A stretch of 63,936 nt of DNA, counting the filler, from Octopus bimaculoides (taxonomy: Eukaryota), in assembly GCF_001194135.2 (NCBI RefSeq). It is 5 parts of 4 records of this genome, joined end to end, with 100 filler letters (N's around TTAATTAATTAA, not from the genome) between each part and the next. Parts side by side here need not be neighbours in the genome. Positions count along the whole stretch, not along the records: positions 1 to 26,386 come from NC_069001.1; 4 more parts are not named here. One strand, written 5' to 3'. The notes beneath the pieces are model-generated. The model was given only the letters and a program-made list of their open reading frames with translations, was not told where the DNA came from and searched no databases. How positions within the stretch are numbered: position 1 is the stretch's first letter; every line of letters starts with the position of its first letter. A program made the translations under genes and the position numbers. This document shows positions 12,346-25,901 of the stretch, piece after piece.

Positions 12346-13055
12346 TGTGTACTACTTTTGAATTGAAAAAAAAAAAACAAGGTGGGATGGCCGATGGCTG
12401 TAGCACCTTCGTTCATGAGATCACTTCAACGCAATCTAATGTGAGAGTAAACAAACCGACAATGGTCCTGTAATAAGTCTGACCCAGCAATCTGTTAAAA
12501 GATTATGAAACATTTTGCGTATTTCTATGAAATCTTAAAAGTCTTAATCGATTCACTAGACAGCCGTCATTTTCAATATTGATCTTGAATAGATGAAAAG
12601 AATTTGAATTAGAAATTGGGGGGACAAATCGGTACATACTATTCAATACAGATGTTTTTTTTTTTATTATTATTACTCAATACAAGTGTGTGCTGAAGTG
12701 CATGCGTGTGTACGAGAGCTTGTATGAATGTATCTAACAATAGCAAAACGGTCTCGTCTCTTTTAACATATGTAGCTTCACTTTTTCTTTCATTTCGTTC
12801 TTCTTTCTTTATATATATTTGTGTGTGTGTGTGTGTCTGTATGTGTGTTATACAATAATCCACTGTGATATGGTGTAAATTTATCAGATAAATGTTTTTT
12901 CTTCTTTCTTTCTTTTCTCTTTTGACCTCTTACTATTTTTTTTTATTACCTCTGTACTCCATTTCAATTAAATCGTTAGCATTCATGTGTAATGTGTGAC
13001 TCACGCTGTTACATATATACAAACATATCAGCATATGTTCACACGCACACGCACA

Positions 13056-13090
<35 letters not shown>

Positions 13091-13789
13091 GTTCCCATTT
13101 AAATGATCTTAATTCATTTTCAGCAGATAAACTAATGTACATTAACCTACATACAGCCACACATCCACATCGACACACACACATATACGCACACCCACCC
13201 ACACACATCCACATATCCACACATATATTCACGCACATCCACACACACACACACATACACACACACACAGTCGGGTATCTTATACCTTTTGTCCATGACG
13301 ACTTGCTCTTCAAAACAGGTTTTTTTTCCCAATGCGTATTATTTTACTCGTTAAGATTTTTGGTTCATTCCTGTCTGTTTTAATTACCCATTACATGCAC
13401 ACAGGTTTCATTTTGTGGTACAAACACACAAATTTCTCTCAATGTAACTTTGTGCTGAAAATGTTGAGCTGAACCTGTCTTTCTGAGACGGAGATTAAAT
13501 GTCCGGTCTCAATTATGCTTCATATGTCCTCCTATTGGTGGTTGATAGTACACATCAACAAATGGGAAATATTTCCGTTCTTTGTCTTCTTCCTTTCTTA
13601 AAACTTTTCTTACAATTTCCAAATTCTAACTAGGTTTCACTATTCTGTCATTTTTGCCATTTTTATTTAACTTTCATTTCATTTACATTCGTTTTATGTT
13701 TTTTGTCCCCACTGTGGTCTTGTTTGTCCTTGTGGTGTCCCCATCTATGTTTAGGGCTTTATGCCTAATAAAGAAATTTGTATGTCGTC

Positions 13790-14150
13790 TACCTTTACGT
13801 TCTTAGTTCAAATTCCGCCTAGGTCGACTTTGCCTTTCATCCTTTTGGGGTCGATTAAATAAGTACCAGTTATGCACTAGGTCAATGTAATCGACTTAAT
13901 CCCTTTGTCCGTCCTTGTTTGTCCCTTCTATGTTTAACCCCTTTGTGGGCAATAAGGAAATAAATGTTATCCAAGGGAAAGGCAAAGGACGATAGAGCTT
14001 GGCATCAGTGATGTTGCGACTCATTTCTACAGATGAGTGAACTGGAGCAACATGGAATAAAGTGTCTTGCTCAAGAACTCAACACACAGCTCCATCCTGA
14101 AATCGAACCCGCTACTTTGTGATAATGAGCCTAATACTCTAACCACTGAG
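13790..14150. mobile_element. Family C-like SINE fragment (plus) abutting a 3'-truncated family E fragment (minus)
   Basis: gttcaaattccgcctaggtcgactttgcctttcatcc, then atgttatccaagggaaaggc...gaaatcgaacccgc. Confidence 0.6.
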
Positions 14151-14159
14151 TCATTCATC

Positions 14160-14222
<63 letters not shown>

Positions 14223-15189
14223 GTATATATGAAAGGATTAAGAAGAAAAAAAAGAACAAGAAAAAGCATTTTCATAGAGCTTATTGACAACACTGGGTCA
14301 TATTTTAATGATCGGTTGTTTGGAAGTAAATTACCAGCCTATTATGGTAACTAGGGTCATATTTTGATTATAGATTGTTTGAAATATATCACCAGCAAAT
14401 AGATTTTCTACAAACAAATGCTGGGAATATTTATAAAAGTAATTTGATTTTCTTTCTTCATTACACGAAAGCACAAGACTAAAACCATTTCCTTTTTTTT
14501 CTTTTTCGTTTCTCTTTCTTTTATTCTTAAGGTTCGCTGTATATTTGATACATAAAATTTTCATTTGAAGCTAATGATTTCTGTCATAATTTCTAAGTTT
14601 CTCTCGTTTGTGCTGTGTTTATTCAAGCAACAAAGAATAAACAAAAACACACTCACCACACATGTGAGATGCATCGACGTGGCGACCGAGTGAATCATTA
14701 AGCTTTAAATGAAGTTAAATCTTTGCGATATATTTTCTCTCTCGTTTGTACATCTAAAATGCATCGATGCATATCACCCATCAGATTCAACGTGTAACCT
14801 CTATGAACAACTTTACAAAACTAATTATTAGCAACACTCGGAATGTGTTGGAGTATAACTAATCTTTCAGGTGTGACAAGTGCTTGACCTGATTTCAGGG
14901 TGGAGTGACGGGTGGGGGTGGGAGCATTTGTATTGCTAATTGCTCTTCCCTGGGAAAATGCATCAGCAAAACACAATCACATTTTCTCATTAGCAGCTCC
15001 TTTTCTTTAAAATAACACACTCATAACTTAATGTTCTGTAAAGAATTGTAATTAAGTAGGAAGTAGATTTTAAACAAATTCTGTTGGTTATCAACACTGA
15101 AAGTTGGGTGTGTATCGCTAAACAAGCAAACATGAGCACACAATATGCATCTTTCTTCAATAGGTTTTCATCTCTAGGTTGTCAGGTTG

Positions 15190-16035
15190 ATCCATGACCG
15201 TATAACTAAGGTTGACAAGGTTTTGTATGATCAACTGAGAGGTCGGAAAGACTGGATAACTGGGAGTTTTGAAGGACTGTATAACCATCTGCGAGACCAG
15301 AATGACTGTACAACTAGCTAAGGGACCAGAAGGACTGTATAACTAGCTGAGAGGTCAGGAAGACTGTATAACTAGCTGAGAGGTCAGGAGGACTGTATAA
15401 CTAGCTGTGAGGTCAGGAGGACTGTATAACTAGCTGTGAGGTCAGGAGGACTGTATAACTAGCTGAGAGGACCAGGAGGACTGTATAACTAGCTGAGAGG
15501 ACCAGGAGGACTGTATAACTAGCTGAGAGGACCAGGAGGACTGTATAACTAGCTGAGAGGACCAGGAGGACTGTATAACTAGCNNNNNNNNNNNNNNNNN
15601 NNNNNNNNNNNNNNNNNNNNNNNNNNNNNNNNNNNNNNNNNNNNNNNNNNNNNNNNNNNNNNNNNNNNNNNNNNNNNNNNNNNNNNNNNNNNNNNNNNNN
15701 NNNNNNNNNNNNNNNNNNNNNNNNNNNNNNNNNNNNNNNNNNNNNNNNNNNNNNNNNNNNNNNNNNNNNNNNNNNNNNNNNNNNNNNNNNNNNNNNNNNN
15801 NNNNNNNNNNNNNNNNNNNNNNNNNNNNNNNNNNNNNNNNNNNNNNNNNNNNNNNNNNNNNNNNNNNNNNNNNNNNNNNNNNNNNNNNNNNTGAGAGGAC
15901 CAGGAGGACTGTATAACTAGCTGAGAGGACCAGGAGGACTGTATAACTAGCTGAGAGGACCAGGAGGACTGTATAACTAGCTGAGAGGACCAGGAGGACT
16001 GTATAACTAGCTGAGAGGACCAGGAGGACTGTATG
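15190..16035. repeat. 30-bp minisatellite (ctgagaggaccaggaggactgtataactag)n spanning a scaffold gap
   Basis: Exact 30-bp periodicity at 15463-15583 and 15892-16034. Units become progressively more diverged toward 15190. Confidence 0.95.
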
Positions 16036-16194
16036 GCCAGCTAAGGGGCAGAGCTCAGCCTATTGGTTTCTGTACAGAAAGCTCCTTCTCGACAGCCAAA
16101 TCTGCAAACGGTAAGCAGGTTTCCATTACAGCAATAGTAGTAGAGATAGTAGTAGAAGTTTACACTAAAATCTGGTGAATGTTTCTATGCTGCC

Positions 16195-16683
16195 TGGCAC
16201 ATGGTTCCGGGTTCATTCCCACTGTGTAGCACCTTGTGCAAGTGTCTTCTACTATAGCCTCGGGCTGACCAAAGCCTTGTGAGTGGATTTAGTAGACGGA
16301 AATTGAAAGACCGTCGTATATATGTATATATATATGTCATCATCATCGTTTAACGTCCGCTTTCCATGCTAGCATGGATATATGTATATATATGTGTGTG
16401 TGTATGTATATGTTTGTGTGTCTGTGTTTGTCCCCCCCAACAATGCTTCACAACCGATGCTGGTGTGTTTACGTCCCCGTATCTTAGCGGTTCGGCAAAA
16501 GAGGCCGATAGAATAAGTACTAGGCTTCCAAAGAATAAGTCCTGGGGTCGATTTGCTCGACTAAAGGCAGTGCTCCAGCATGGCCGCAGTCAAAATGACT
16601 GAAACAAGTAAAAGAGTNNNNNNNNNNCTAAAGGCAGTGCTCCAGCATGGCCGCAGTCAAAATGACTGAAACAAGTAAAAGAG
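16195..16683 (+). mobile_element. Family A SINE with a family D tail fragment inside its spacer
   Basis: Head cacatggttccgggttcattcccactg, body and 3' module present. catcatcatcgtttaacgtccgctttccatgctagcatgg at ~16337-16377. Confidence 0.8.
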
Positions 16684-17796
16684 TATATGAAACACTGAGT
16701 GAAGAGAGTGAGTCAATAACTCTTACTGTGTGTGTGTGTGTGTGAGTGTTGTTGTTGTTGTTGTTGTCGTTGTTGTTGTTTATTTCTTCTGAGAATGAGT
16801 TTCCAGAATAGAAAAATCAAAATCGCCATAATAATCTATAATGGCGTGTATGTCTCTCTGTCTTTCTCTCTCTCTCTCTCTGGAAAGAAAATTGATATTC
16901 TTTATAAAGACCTCCCATCATGTTTGTTTGTTTGTTCATTTTATTTTATTTTATCTATTTATTTATTTTATAGAGGGGTGGGTGCTTCAATTTATTCTTT
17001 CTATTAATTTTTATAGAAGGAAATGCAATAAATAAATGAATAAATAAATAGATATGTAAGCAAATAAAATAAATATTAAAAAAGAAAAAAAAACAAGTAT
17101 CCATCACGTAATGAAGGAAAATATTGGAATGAAAGTAAAATAAAATGAAGAAGAAAAAAAGCAAAACAATAAGGTCTTAATTTTTAAATATTTAAAGTAA
17201 CAGTAACGAGCTGTCACTTGATGTCAAAGCTCTATTTAATTATTTATTTTATTTCACTTGAAATTCAGTGTGGAATGTTAATTATTTCTCTATCTAGAAG
17301 GTAAAAAGAAAGAAAAAGAAAAATATATAGAAAAAAAGAAAGAAAAAAAGAATCAAACTGTGCATTATACACATGTATATATATATATGTATATGTGTGT
17401 ATATATGTATGTTTATATATTCAAACCTACAACTAAATTCCGCTAAATTTTTAATTGACTGTCGGCATGAGTATAAATCTTGTTTTATTTTGCTAAGCTG
17501 AATGCTTTTCACATAAGCATTCGCATATACAGATGCACACAGATGTGTATACATACATAGATGGCTAGCTAGCTAGATAGATAGATGCATGCATACATAG
17601 ATACATACATACATGCATGCCTGTACAATTATATTTACATATTTATAAGCAGCTAAATAGTTTGGATAGTTCAATTTTATTTCGTTTTGTTCCTTTCTTT
17701 AACCATGTTTTTTTTCCTTCCTTTTCCTTCATTTGCTTTCCAGAGAAACACTTCGACGATACAAGATGTCATCAATATTACAATATATATATATAT

Positions 17797-17828
<32 letters not shown>

Positions 17829-18957
17829 NNNNNNNNNNNNNNNNNNNNNNNNNNNNNNNNNNNNNNNNNNNNNNNNNNNNNNNNNNNNNNNNNNNNNNNN
17901 NNNNNNNNNNNNNNNNNNNNNNNNNNNNNNNNNNNNNNNNNNNNNNNNNNNNNNNNNNNNNNNNNNNNNNNNNNNNNNNNNNNNNNNNNNNNNNNNNNNN
18001 NNNNNNNNNNNNNNNNNNNNNNNNNNNNNNNNNNNNNNNNNNNNNNNNNNNNNNNNNNNNNNNNNNNNNNNNNNNNNNNNNNNNNNNNNNNNNNNNNNNN
18101 NNNNNNNNNNNNNNNNNNNNNNNNNNNNNNNNNNNNNNNNNNNNNNNNNNNNNNNNNNNNNNNNNNNNNNNNNNNNNNNNNNNNNNNNNNNNNNNNNNNN
18201 NNNNNNNNNNNNNNNNNNNNNNNNNNNNNNNNNNNNNNNNNNNNNNNNNNNNNNNNNNNNNNNNNNNNNNNNNNNNNNNNNNNNNNNNNNNNNNNNNNNN
18301 NNNNNNNNNNNNNNNNNNNNNNNNNNNNNNNNNNNNNNNNNNNNNNNNNNNNNNNNNNNNNNNNNNNNNNNNNNNNNNNNNNNNNNNNNNNNNNNNNNNN
18401 NNNNNNNNNNNNNNNNNNNNNNNNNNTTTTTTTTTTTTTTTTTTTTTTTGTCTCTAAGGAGAAAAACTCTAATGTCCTCTGTCTTGCCCATCCTACCATT
18501 TTGTGTGTACAGCTTGCTCGCTGGCTCACTCACACTCACACACACACACACACTCTCTCTCTCTCTCTATTTTCTCCTTTTGGCTTTGCTCATTTCGTTG
18601 AGCATTCTGGGACACCATTTTCTTTTGTCTTGAACACTATCAAGTTCAGAATTCATTTTATTGATAGGATTTCTATTTTAACGATCTCGGAATGATGTAA
18701 TGTGGATTGGGATTAACTCTTTTGTTATCGCATTTCTATTGCAATTAATTTCGAAAATAACAAAGAATTTAGTAAAATAACTTTCTCATTACTAATCTGT
18801 TTATTTGGAACATAAATTAACATAAAATTTTAATGGAAGGTTTTGATTTATATCAATTTAAAAGAAGAAGTTTGTATCTTAGAACCAAGAATAATCTCAT
18901 GCTTGTTAGTATCAAAACGGTTAATGGTCTTAGTGACATAACTTGAACTGTGTTTAA

Positions 18958-19185
18958 CCATTTAGAATTCAGATTTTTCTGAGAACGGTAATGTTTTTTT
19001 CATTCACATTGTCTTGAATTAATCATGCTTGGTTCAAAATTTTTGATGATGTCACATTATGATTTTAGAATAGCATTGAAGAGTAGATGCAACAGGCAAT
19101 TGAAGAATCACTGCAATACGCTTGACCTGCCTGGTTTGGCTATAAAACAGGCTGAATATTTTGGCCGGTTTAAATGCTTTAATGG
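18958..19185. mobile_element. Possible decayed piggyBac-like (TTAA) MITE
   Basis: TTAA|ccatttagaatt on the left and aatgctttaatgg|TTAG on the right. TIR and TSD are both degenerate. Confidence 0.4.
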
Positions 19186-19439
19186 TTAGACTTGGTCAAG
19201 GAATGAAACCAAATAACACAAATTAATGATTTGTAGGTCTATGGTATTTCATTATGCAACAATAATATACTATAAAATATATTAAATATTTTTATAACAC
19301 AATACCGTGTCCTCCTGTGTTAGCAGTGCTTTTTACATTATTTTGTTACAGTTATCTCCATAGATATTCTATATAAATTATAGCTAGCACTGATTTTAGC
19401 TACGTTTCGTATCGAGATGTCAGATATAAACCTACAATG

Positions 19440-19612
19440 CTCGTGAAAAGCACCCACTACACTCTTCGAATAGTTGGCGTTAGGAAGGGCATCCAGTTGT
19501 AGAAACCATGCCAGATCAGATTGAAACCTGGTCCAGCTTCCAATCTTACCAGCTTTCAGTCAAACCGTCCAACCCATACCTGCATGGAAAACAGACATTA
19601 AATGATGATGAT
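19440..19612 (+). mobile_element. Family D (RTE-type tail) retroelement 3' fragment
   Basis: aaaagcacccactacactc...ggcgttaggaagggcatccag...gtccaacccatac..gcatggaaa..(gat)n, as in 57438-57828. Confidence 0.75.
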
Positions 19613-20079
19613 GGTCACGTGACTTTAAAAAAAAAGAACGGTTTGTTTCATCACAAGTCGAATCCAGGTTCAGTTCCACTGCATGACACCCTCAGCAAGT
19701 GTTTGCAACCCCTTAGCAAAAGCCCAACGCGAGCCATTTGAGTCCAACCTGGGTCGGTTGGTAACTGTGAAGAAGCCTCTTGGGTGAGTCAGGAATTTGA
19801 TTTCAATCGTACATTTGGTCTTGCCGGTTCTGCCTGGAAATTTCATCGAAGGTACTTGTGTCTGTGGAATACTCAGTCACTTACGTACGTAAAATGCAAG
19901 AGAACAATTTAACTTAAGGATTTTGCTTGATCAAAACTGGAAAAGTTGGCTTCAAAACTACCAGAGGATCCTTGAGTATGTGTGTGTGTGTAAGTATGTG
20001 TGTGTGTGTAAACAAGTGTGTAGGCGTATGTGCACAAGTGTGTTAGAATCTGTAGAGGTAGGTGGGTATGTATACAAGT

Positions 20080-20118
<39 letters not shown>

Positions 20119-20472
20119 AATTAATGTCAGTGAGATAACATCATTCATAATTGCGTTTTGCTGTCCATACCCATTCAGAGAGAAGTACAGTAATAATGTT
20201 TATACCCAGATTTACTTAATTTTATTTACTTAAGCTTCTAATTTGTTCAATATTTTATGTGTATTTATCTATATCTCTCTTTCTTGGCTTGTTTTCTTTT
20301 TTTTTTTCCTTATTCAGTGTAGAGAAAATTACCTTCGTTAGCTGCAAGGTGTTAGATTGTTTCCAGATGTCTTCACTCTTCACTTGTCATTAAATTCCAC
20401 CATTTTCCATATGTAACCTGGAATCTTTGAGTTTTGTTTTAAATAAGCAGCTTGCAACTATAGTAGAAAGGA

Positions 20473-20507
<35 letters not shown>

Positions 20508-20546
20508 TAATTCTAAAATGTGTTTATTATTTATCTTGCTTTTCTT

Positions 20547-20585
<39 letters not shown>

Positions 20586-20589
20586 GTGT

Positions 20590-21142
20590 ATCATCATCAT
20601 CAGTGGGTGCTTTTACATGCCACCGGCACAAAGGCCAGTTAGGCAGTACTGGCAACGACCACGCTCAAAATGGTGTATTTTATGTGCCACCCGCACAAGA
20701 GCCAGTCCGGGGGCACTGGCAACGATCTCACTCGAAAGTCCTTACACATGTCACGGGCGCAAGTGCCAGAAAGGCGTCGCTGGGCACAGGTGCCATCACA
20801 ATTTTGCTTTCGCTTGCCCCAATAAGTCTTCGCAAGCTGAGTTTCGTGTCCAATGAGGGAGACGACATGTATATATATATATATATATATATATAGGTGC
20901 AGGCTTAGTTATGTGATAAATAGCATGCTTAACAACCACATGGTTCCAGGTTCAGTCCCACTGTGTAGCACCCCATTTAACGTCCGCTTTCCATGCTAGC
21001 ATGGGTTGGACGATTTGACTGGGGACTGGCGAACCAGATGGCTGCACCAGACTCCGATCTGATCTGGCAGAGTTTCTACAGCTTGATGCCCTTCCTAACG
21101 CCAACCACTCCGAGAGTGTAGTGGGTGCTTTTTACGTGCCAT
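20590..21142 (-). mobile_element. Family D pieces in permuted order around a family A head
   Basis: 20601-20850 is the 5' half and 20976-21142 the 3' half of the element at 57438-57828, both in reverse. A family A head lies at ~20893-20972. Confidence 0.75.
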
Positions 21143-21626
21143 CGTTTCTCCAAATTTCTGGCATTGTGCCTCATAAGAAATCATCATGTATTGTATACTT
21201 GTAGTAAAAGTGAGTTAGCTCCCATGTCCTTTTGGAAAACAATTTTCATTTACAGTAATAAATGTTGTCGTAGTTTCATTTAATCTAATACAAAAAAAAA
21301 AGACACCTTTTCACTTCCTAACATTAATCATAGTAGCCTTGTGTGTGTGTGTGTATGTGTATTATTTTTTGTTATTTTCCCTGAAAATACAAAGTAGTTT
21401 GACTTATATCAAACATCCACTTCATATTTCTGATGCCATGTCTTAAGAATTCAACCCCTTCCCCCGTAATATTTGTGATGATGTTGATTATGATGATGAT
21501 TGTGTGATTCTGATGTAAAGTCCCTTTTGAACTTTCACCTTAAATGTCTTCTGATTGTTTGCCATTTCATGTTATCTCACTTCCTAATTTCCATTTCTAC
21601 TGATTCAGGATATTTCTCTTCTGCTT

Positions 21627-21782
21627 TTGTTTGTCTGTCTCTCTGAACCCCTCCTCTTTCTCTCTCTCTCTCTCTGTCTGTCTGTCTGTTTCTCTCTCGG
21701 TCTCTCTCTCTCTCTGTCTCTCCCTCTCTGTCTCTCTTTCTCTGTCTCTCTCGCTCTCTGTCTCTCTCGCTCTCTCTCTCTG

Positions 21783-21831
<49 letters not shown>

Positions 21832-22109
21832 GTATGTCTGTCCCTGTCTGTTTCTCTCTCTGTATGTCTGTCCCTGTCTGTTTCTCTTTCTCTCTCTCTG
21901 TCTCTCTGTCTCTCTCTGTCTGTCTCTCTTTCTCTCTCTGTCTCTCTCTCTCTCTCTGTCTCTCTCTCCCTCTCTCTCTGTCTCTCTGTATGTCTGTCCC
22001 TGTCTGTCTCTCTCGCTCTCTGTCTTTCTCGCTCTCTCTCTCGCTCTCTCGCTCGCTGTCTCTCTTGCTCTCTGTCTCTCTCTCTCTCTGTCTCTCTGTA
22101 TGTCTGTCC

Positions 22110-22146
<37 letters not shown>
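21627..22146. repeat. ~520-bp compound (CT/CTGT)n homopyrimidine tract
   Basis: Almost purely C/T with tgtatgtctgtccctgtctg repeated four times. Source of the spurious RERE/LSLS ORFs. Confidence 0.95.
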
Positions 22147-22855
22147 ATGCATCTGATTTTCGTTCGATGCCAGACTACTTAGGCATACACCCAAGAACAA
22201 TGACAAACTTTGCTGCACAGCCGGGGCCCCACACTTCCACCATCTGAATTTTACAATCTTTCTCCTCTTTCTCTTCATGCCCCCTCTTTCTGAGATGGCC
22301 ACCTTTCACTTATATAGATTCTCTCTCTTTCTCTCCCTCTCTCTCTCCCCCTCTTTCTAAGATGTCCCTCTCCCCCTCTCTCTCGTTCATTCCATCACCA
22401 TCTTTCTGTCTTAAACTTCCCATATCATAGTCCTTCCCACCCCATATCTTTCATCACCCCCCCACCAATCTACTTTTTTCTCTCTCCCACCCTCTCTCAT
22501 AATCTCATCCCTTTACTTTCCTCCCTACTCTGACTTCCACCCTCTCTTCCTCATTTTCTCCGACATTCCCTCTCACTCTCCTGCAACCACACTTTTTCTT
22601 CCTCCCCCTCCTCCTCTCAAATTTTTTTCTTTTTAATTTCATCGTCGGTTCTTTCTCCTCCTCCAATTTCTCTCCTTACTCCTTACTCTCCCAAAATATT
22701 TCTTGGTATTCCTTTTACCAACATACCATTTTCCTGTGTTCAGACCTGCAGATGGATGCACCAGGGATCAGTCCTACTTTCAATTTCATTTCTCTTTTAC
22801 TTTTTTTTTTTTATTATCAACATATTCCTTTTTTCCTTTTTTCCCCATTTCTTCC

Positions 22856-22950
22856 TTGCCCTCCCACTTCACTCTCTCTTGCCCTCCCACTTCACTCTCT
22901 CTTGCCCTCCCACTTCACCCTCTCTTGCCCTCCCACTTCACCCTCTCTTC
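22856..22950. repeat. 23-bp tandem repeat, four copies
   Basis: ttgccctcccacttcac(t/c)ctctc starts at 22856, 22879, 22902 and 22925. Confidence 0.9.
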
Positions 22951-23607
22951 CCCTCCTCCCCAAACCAATTCCAAATGGAAGATCTTTTAGTAAGAGAAGG
23001 CTTTTTTGACTAGATAGCTTCAGCTTAGATGACTAATAATAATTAATACCATTTTTCTCCTTTTAATTCCTTTCTGATGACGTCAAGGAAATTGTCAATT
23101 CCGATGTCATTATATCCTTTTCTTTATCTCTTTTCCTTTTTCTTTTTTTAGATTTCATCTCTCTCTCTCAAGGATTCTCCACTATTTCTCTGTTATTTGG
23201 AATTCAATAGTTTTATCATATTTATTTGCTGCTTTTTAAAATTGATAAATTATCTTCCGCATATCATGCTGCAGTTTGCCATAATTTGTATCTAAATTCC
23301 TTCCTTTCACATTTGATATTTCATTTGATTTTCATTTCCTGACACAAGTGTTTTGCTTTTCGTTTATTTTAGACAGTTGATGCCTTTTGCTTGCTAAATT
23401 GCTCGACCTTTCAGAACTTTCCAAATCTCATCCACTTTCAACCCTGTGTAATACTATTAAACAGCATGGCTCTTTGACTGCGACTGTTTTGAATTGTCAT
23501 TCTCATTCTTTAGCCACTCTTCTTGCCATGACCATCCTATAATGTCTTCCAGGATGTTCTCTTTTTAGATTAGTTTAAAAAATGGCTAAAGGGTAAAGAC
23601 GCCCTTC

Positions 23608-23915
23608 AGTCATAAATGACCATGGAATGCACCTAGAAAGTTCCCCTTCGATGCACAAGTTTGGACAAGGTTGTTCATGCAAGACCAGAGGTCACCCATT
23701 CATACTACCTTCTCCTTTCCATGCCACCAATGTTTTCCTAGGGTAACGCGAAGGTCAATACAGCTTGGCACCAGTGACGTCACAACTCATTTCCACAGCT
23801 GAGTGAACTGGAGCAACGTGAAATAATGTATCTTGTTCAAGAACACAATACACAGCTCGGTCCAGGAATCGAACTCACTAAGTCATGAATGTGAGCCCGA
23901 CATTCTAACGACTGC
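23608..23915 (-). mobile_element. Family E (CORE-like) SINE
   Basis: Collinear with 11838-12150: aatgaccatgg...cagctgagtgaactggagcaacgtgaaat...ggaatcgaactcac. Confidence 0.8.
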
Positions 23916-25423
23916 ACCAAGCTCCTTCGCTTATATTTATTTTTACCCTATAGTATTCAGATTACATTATTTTTATTTATGTGCCCNNNNNNNNNNNNNN
24001 NNNNNNNNNNNNNNNNNNNNNNNNNNNNNNNNNNNNNNNNNNNNNNNNNNNNNNNNNNNNNNNNNNNNNNNNNNNNNNNNNNNNNNNNNNNNNNNNNNNN
24101 NNNNNNNNNNNNNNNNNNNNNNNNNNNNNNNNNNNNNNNNNNNNNNNNNNNNNNNNNNNNNNNNNNNNNNNNNNNNNNNNNNNNNNNNNNNNNNNNNNNN
24201 NNNNNNNNNNNNNNNNNNNNNNNNNNNNNNNNNNNNNNNNNNNNNNNNNNNNNNNNNNNNNNNNNNNNNNNNNNNNNNNNNNNNNNNNNNNNNNNNNNNN
24301 NNNNNNNNNNNNNNNNNNNNNNNNNNNNNNNNNNNNNNNNNNNNNNNNNNNNNNNNNNNNNNNNNNNNNNNNNNNNNNNNNNNNNNNNNNNNNNNNNNNN
24401 NNNNNNNNNNNNNNNNNNNNNNNNNNNNNNNNNNNNNNNNNNNNNNNNNNNNNNNNNNNNNNNNNNNNNNNNNNNNNNNNNNNNNNNNNNNNNNNNNNNN
24501 NNNNNNNNNNNNNNNNNNNNNNNNNNNNNNNNNNNNNNNNNNNNNNNNNNNNNNNNNNNNNNNNNNNNNNNNNNNNNNNNNNNNNNNNNNNNNNNNNNNN
24601 NNNNNNNNNNNNNNNNNNNNNNNNNNNNNNNNNNNNNNNNNNNNNNNNNNNNNNNNNNNNNNNNNNNNNNNNNNNNNNNNNNNNNNNNNNNNNNNNNNNN
24701 NNNNNNNNNNNNNNNNNNNNNNNNNNNNNNNNNNNNNNNNNNNNNNNNNNNNNNNNNNNNNNNNNNNNNNNNNNNNNNNNNNNNNNNNNNNNNNNNNNNN
24801 NNNNNNNNNNNNNNNNNNNNNNNNNNNNNNNNNNNNNNNNNNNNNNNNNNNNNNNNNNNNNNNNNNNNNNNNNNNNNNNNNNNNNNNNNNNNNNNNNNNN
24901 NNNNNNNNNNNNNNNNNNNNNNNNNNNNNNNNNNNNNNNNNNNNNNNNNNNNNNNNNNNNNNNNNNNNNNNNNNNNNAGCTTTAAGCAAACATCTCTGGG
25001 GGAGGGGAGGGCGTGGAAGGGGGATTAATTCAGCACTAAACTTTTCAGAGACCTAATAAGTGCTACAATTAGCATCATCATCATTATCACCATCATAGTC
25101 ATCATCATTATTATTATTATTGTTGTTGTTGTTGTTCTCAGTGCCACATCAAATTGTATATACAAAGTGCAATAATGATAACAGTTATAGGGTCTCACTT
25201 GGTTTGTATGTATGTGTGTGTGTATTTATGTATGTGTATGTATGTATGTATGCATGCATACATGTATATGTGTATATATACAAATATATGTATGTGTATA
25301 TGTATATATGTGTATATGTTTGTGTATGTGTACATATCTATATGTATATACATATGTATATATATATGCTACAATATATATATACATTTATGTATATATG
25401 TATATATGTGTATACATATGTAT

Positions 25424-25465
<42 letters not shown>

Positions 25466-25841
25466 NNNNNNNNNNAGTAAATAAAATCATAACATAAACA
25501 ATCAAATATAAGAAATAATTTCTTAGAGTATGTGTTAATCCCCCATGTACCCAAACTTTGTGGACACCCTAGGCAGCTGACAAAGGATTAATTCCAAGTG
25601 GCTATCTGTTTTCCTATGTGTTCGTTCCGTTGTCTGTAGTTCATTGTTCTAACGTCCTGTACCCTGATATGCATCTATATACACANNNNNNNNNNGTTCG
25701 TTCCGTTGTCTGTAGTTCATTGTTCTAACGTCCTGTACCCTGATATGCATCTATATACACATGTAGATGTAAGTATGTACATATATGTGTGTATACATGC
25801 ATACATATTTTTTGTATTATATATATATTTATATATGTATA

Positions 25842-25901
<60 letters not shown>

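Noticed and set aside
15463-16034. 30-bp minisatellite as a CRISPR array or coding repeat
   Set aside because: There are no unique spacers and the context is eukaryotic. Plus frames contain stops, and the open minus frames have no start or splice support.
16558-16687. Short direct duplications across 10-N gaps (also ~25618-25760 and ~62005-62094)
   Set aside because: Typical unmerged contig overlaps.
21577-22302. Long RERE/LSLS ORFs and the many YIYI, CVCV and poly-X ORFs in the track
   Set aside because: Translations of microsatellites or N gaps; no splice or domain support.
23073-23100. Other CTGATGA occurrences (8673, 23074, 25983, 30701, 52931) as hammerheads
   Set aside because: No stem II followed by GAAA and no cleavage-site geometry.
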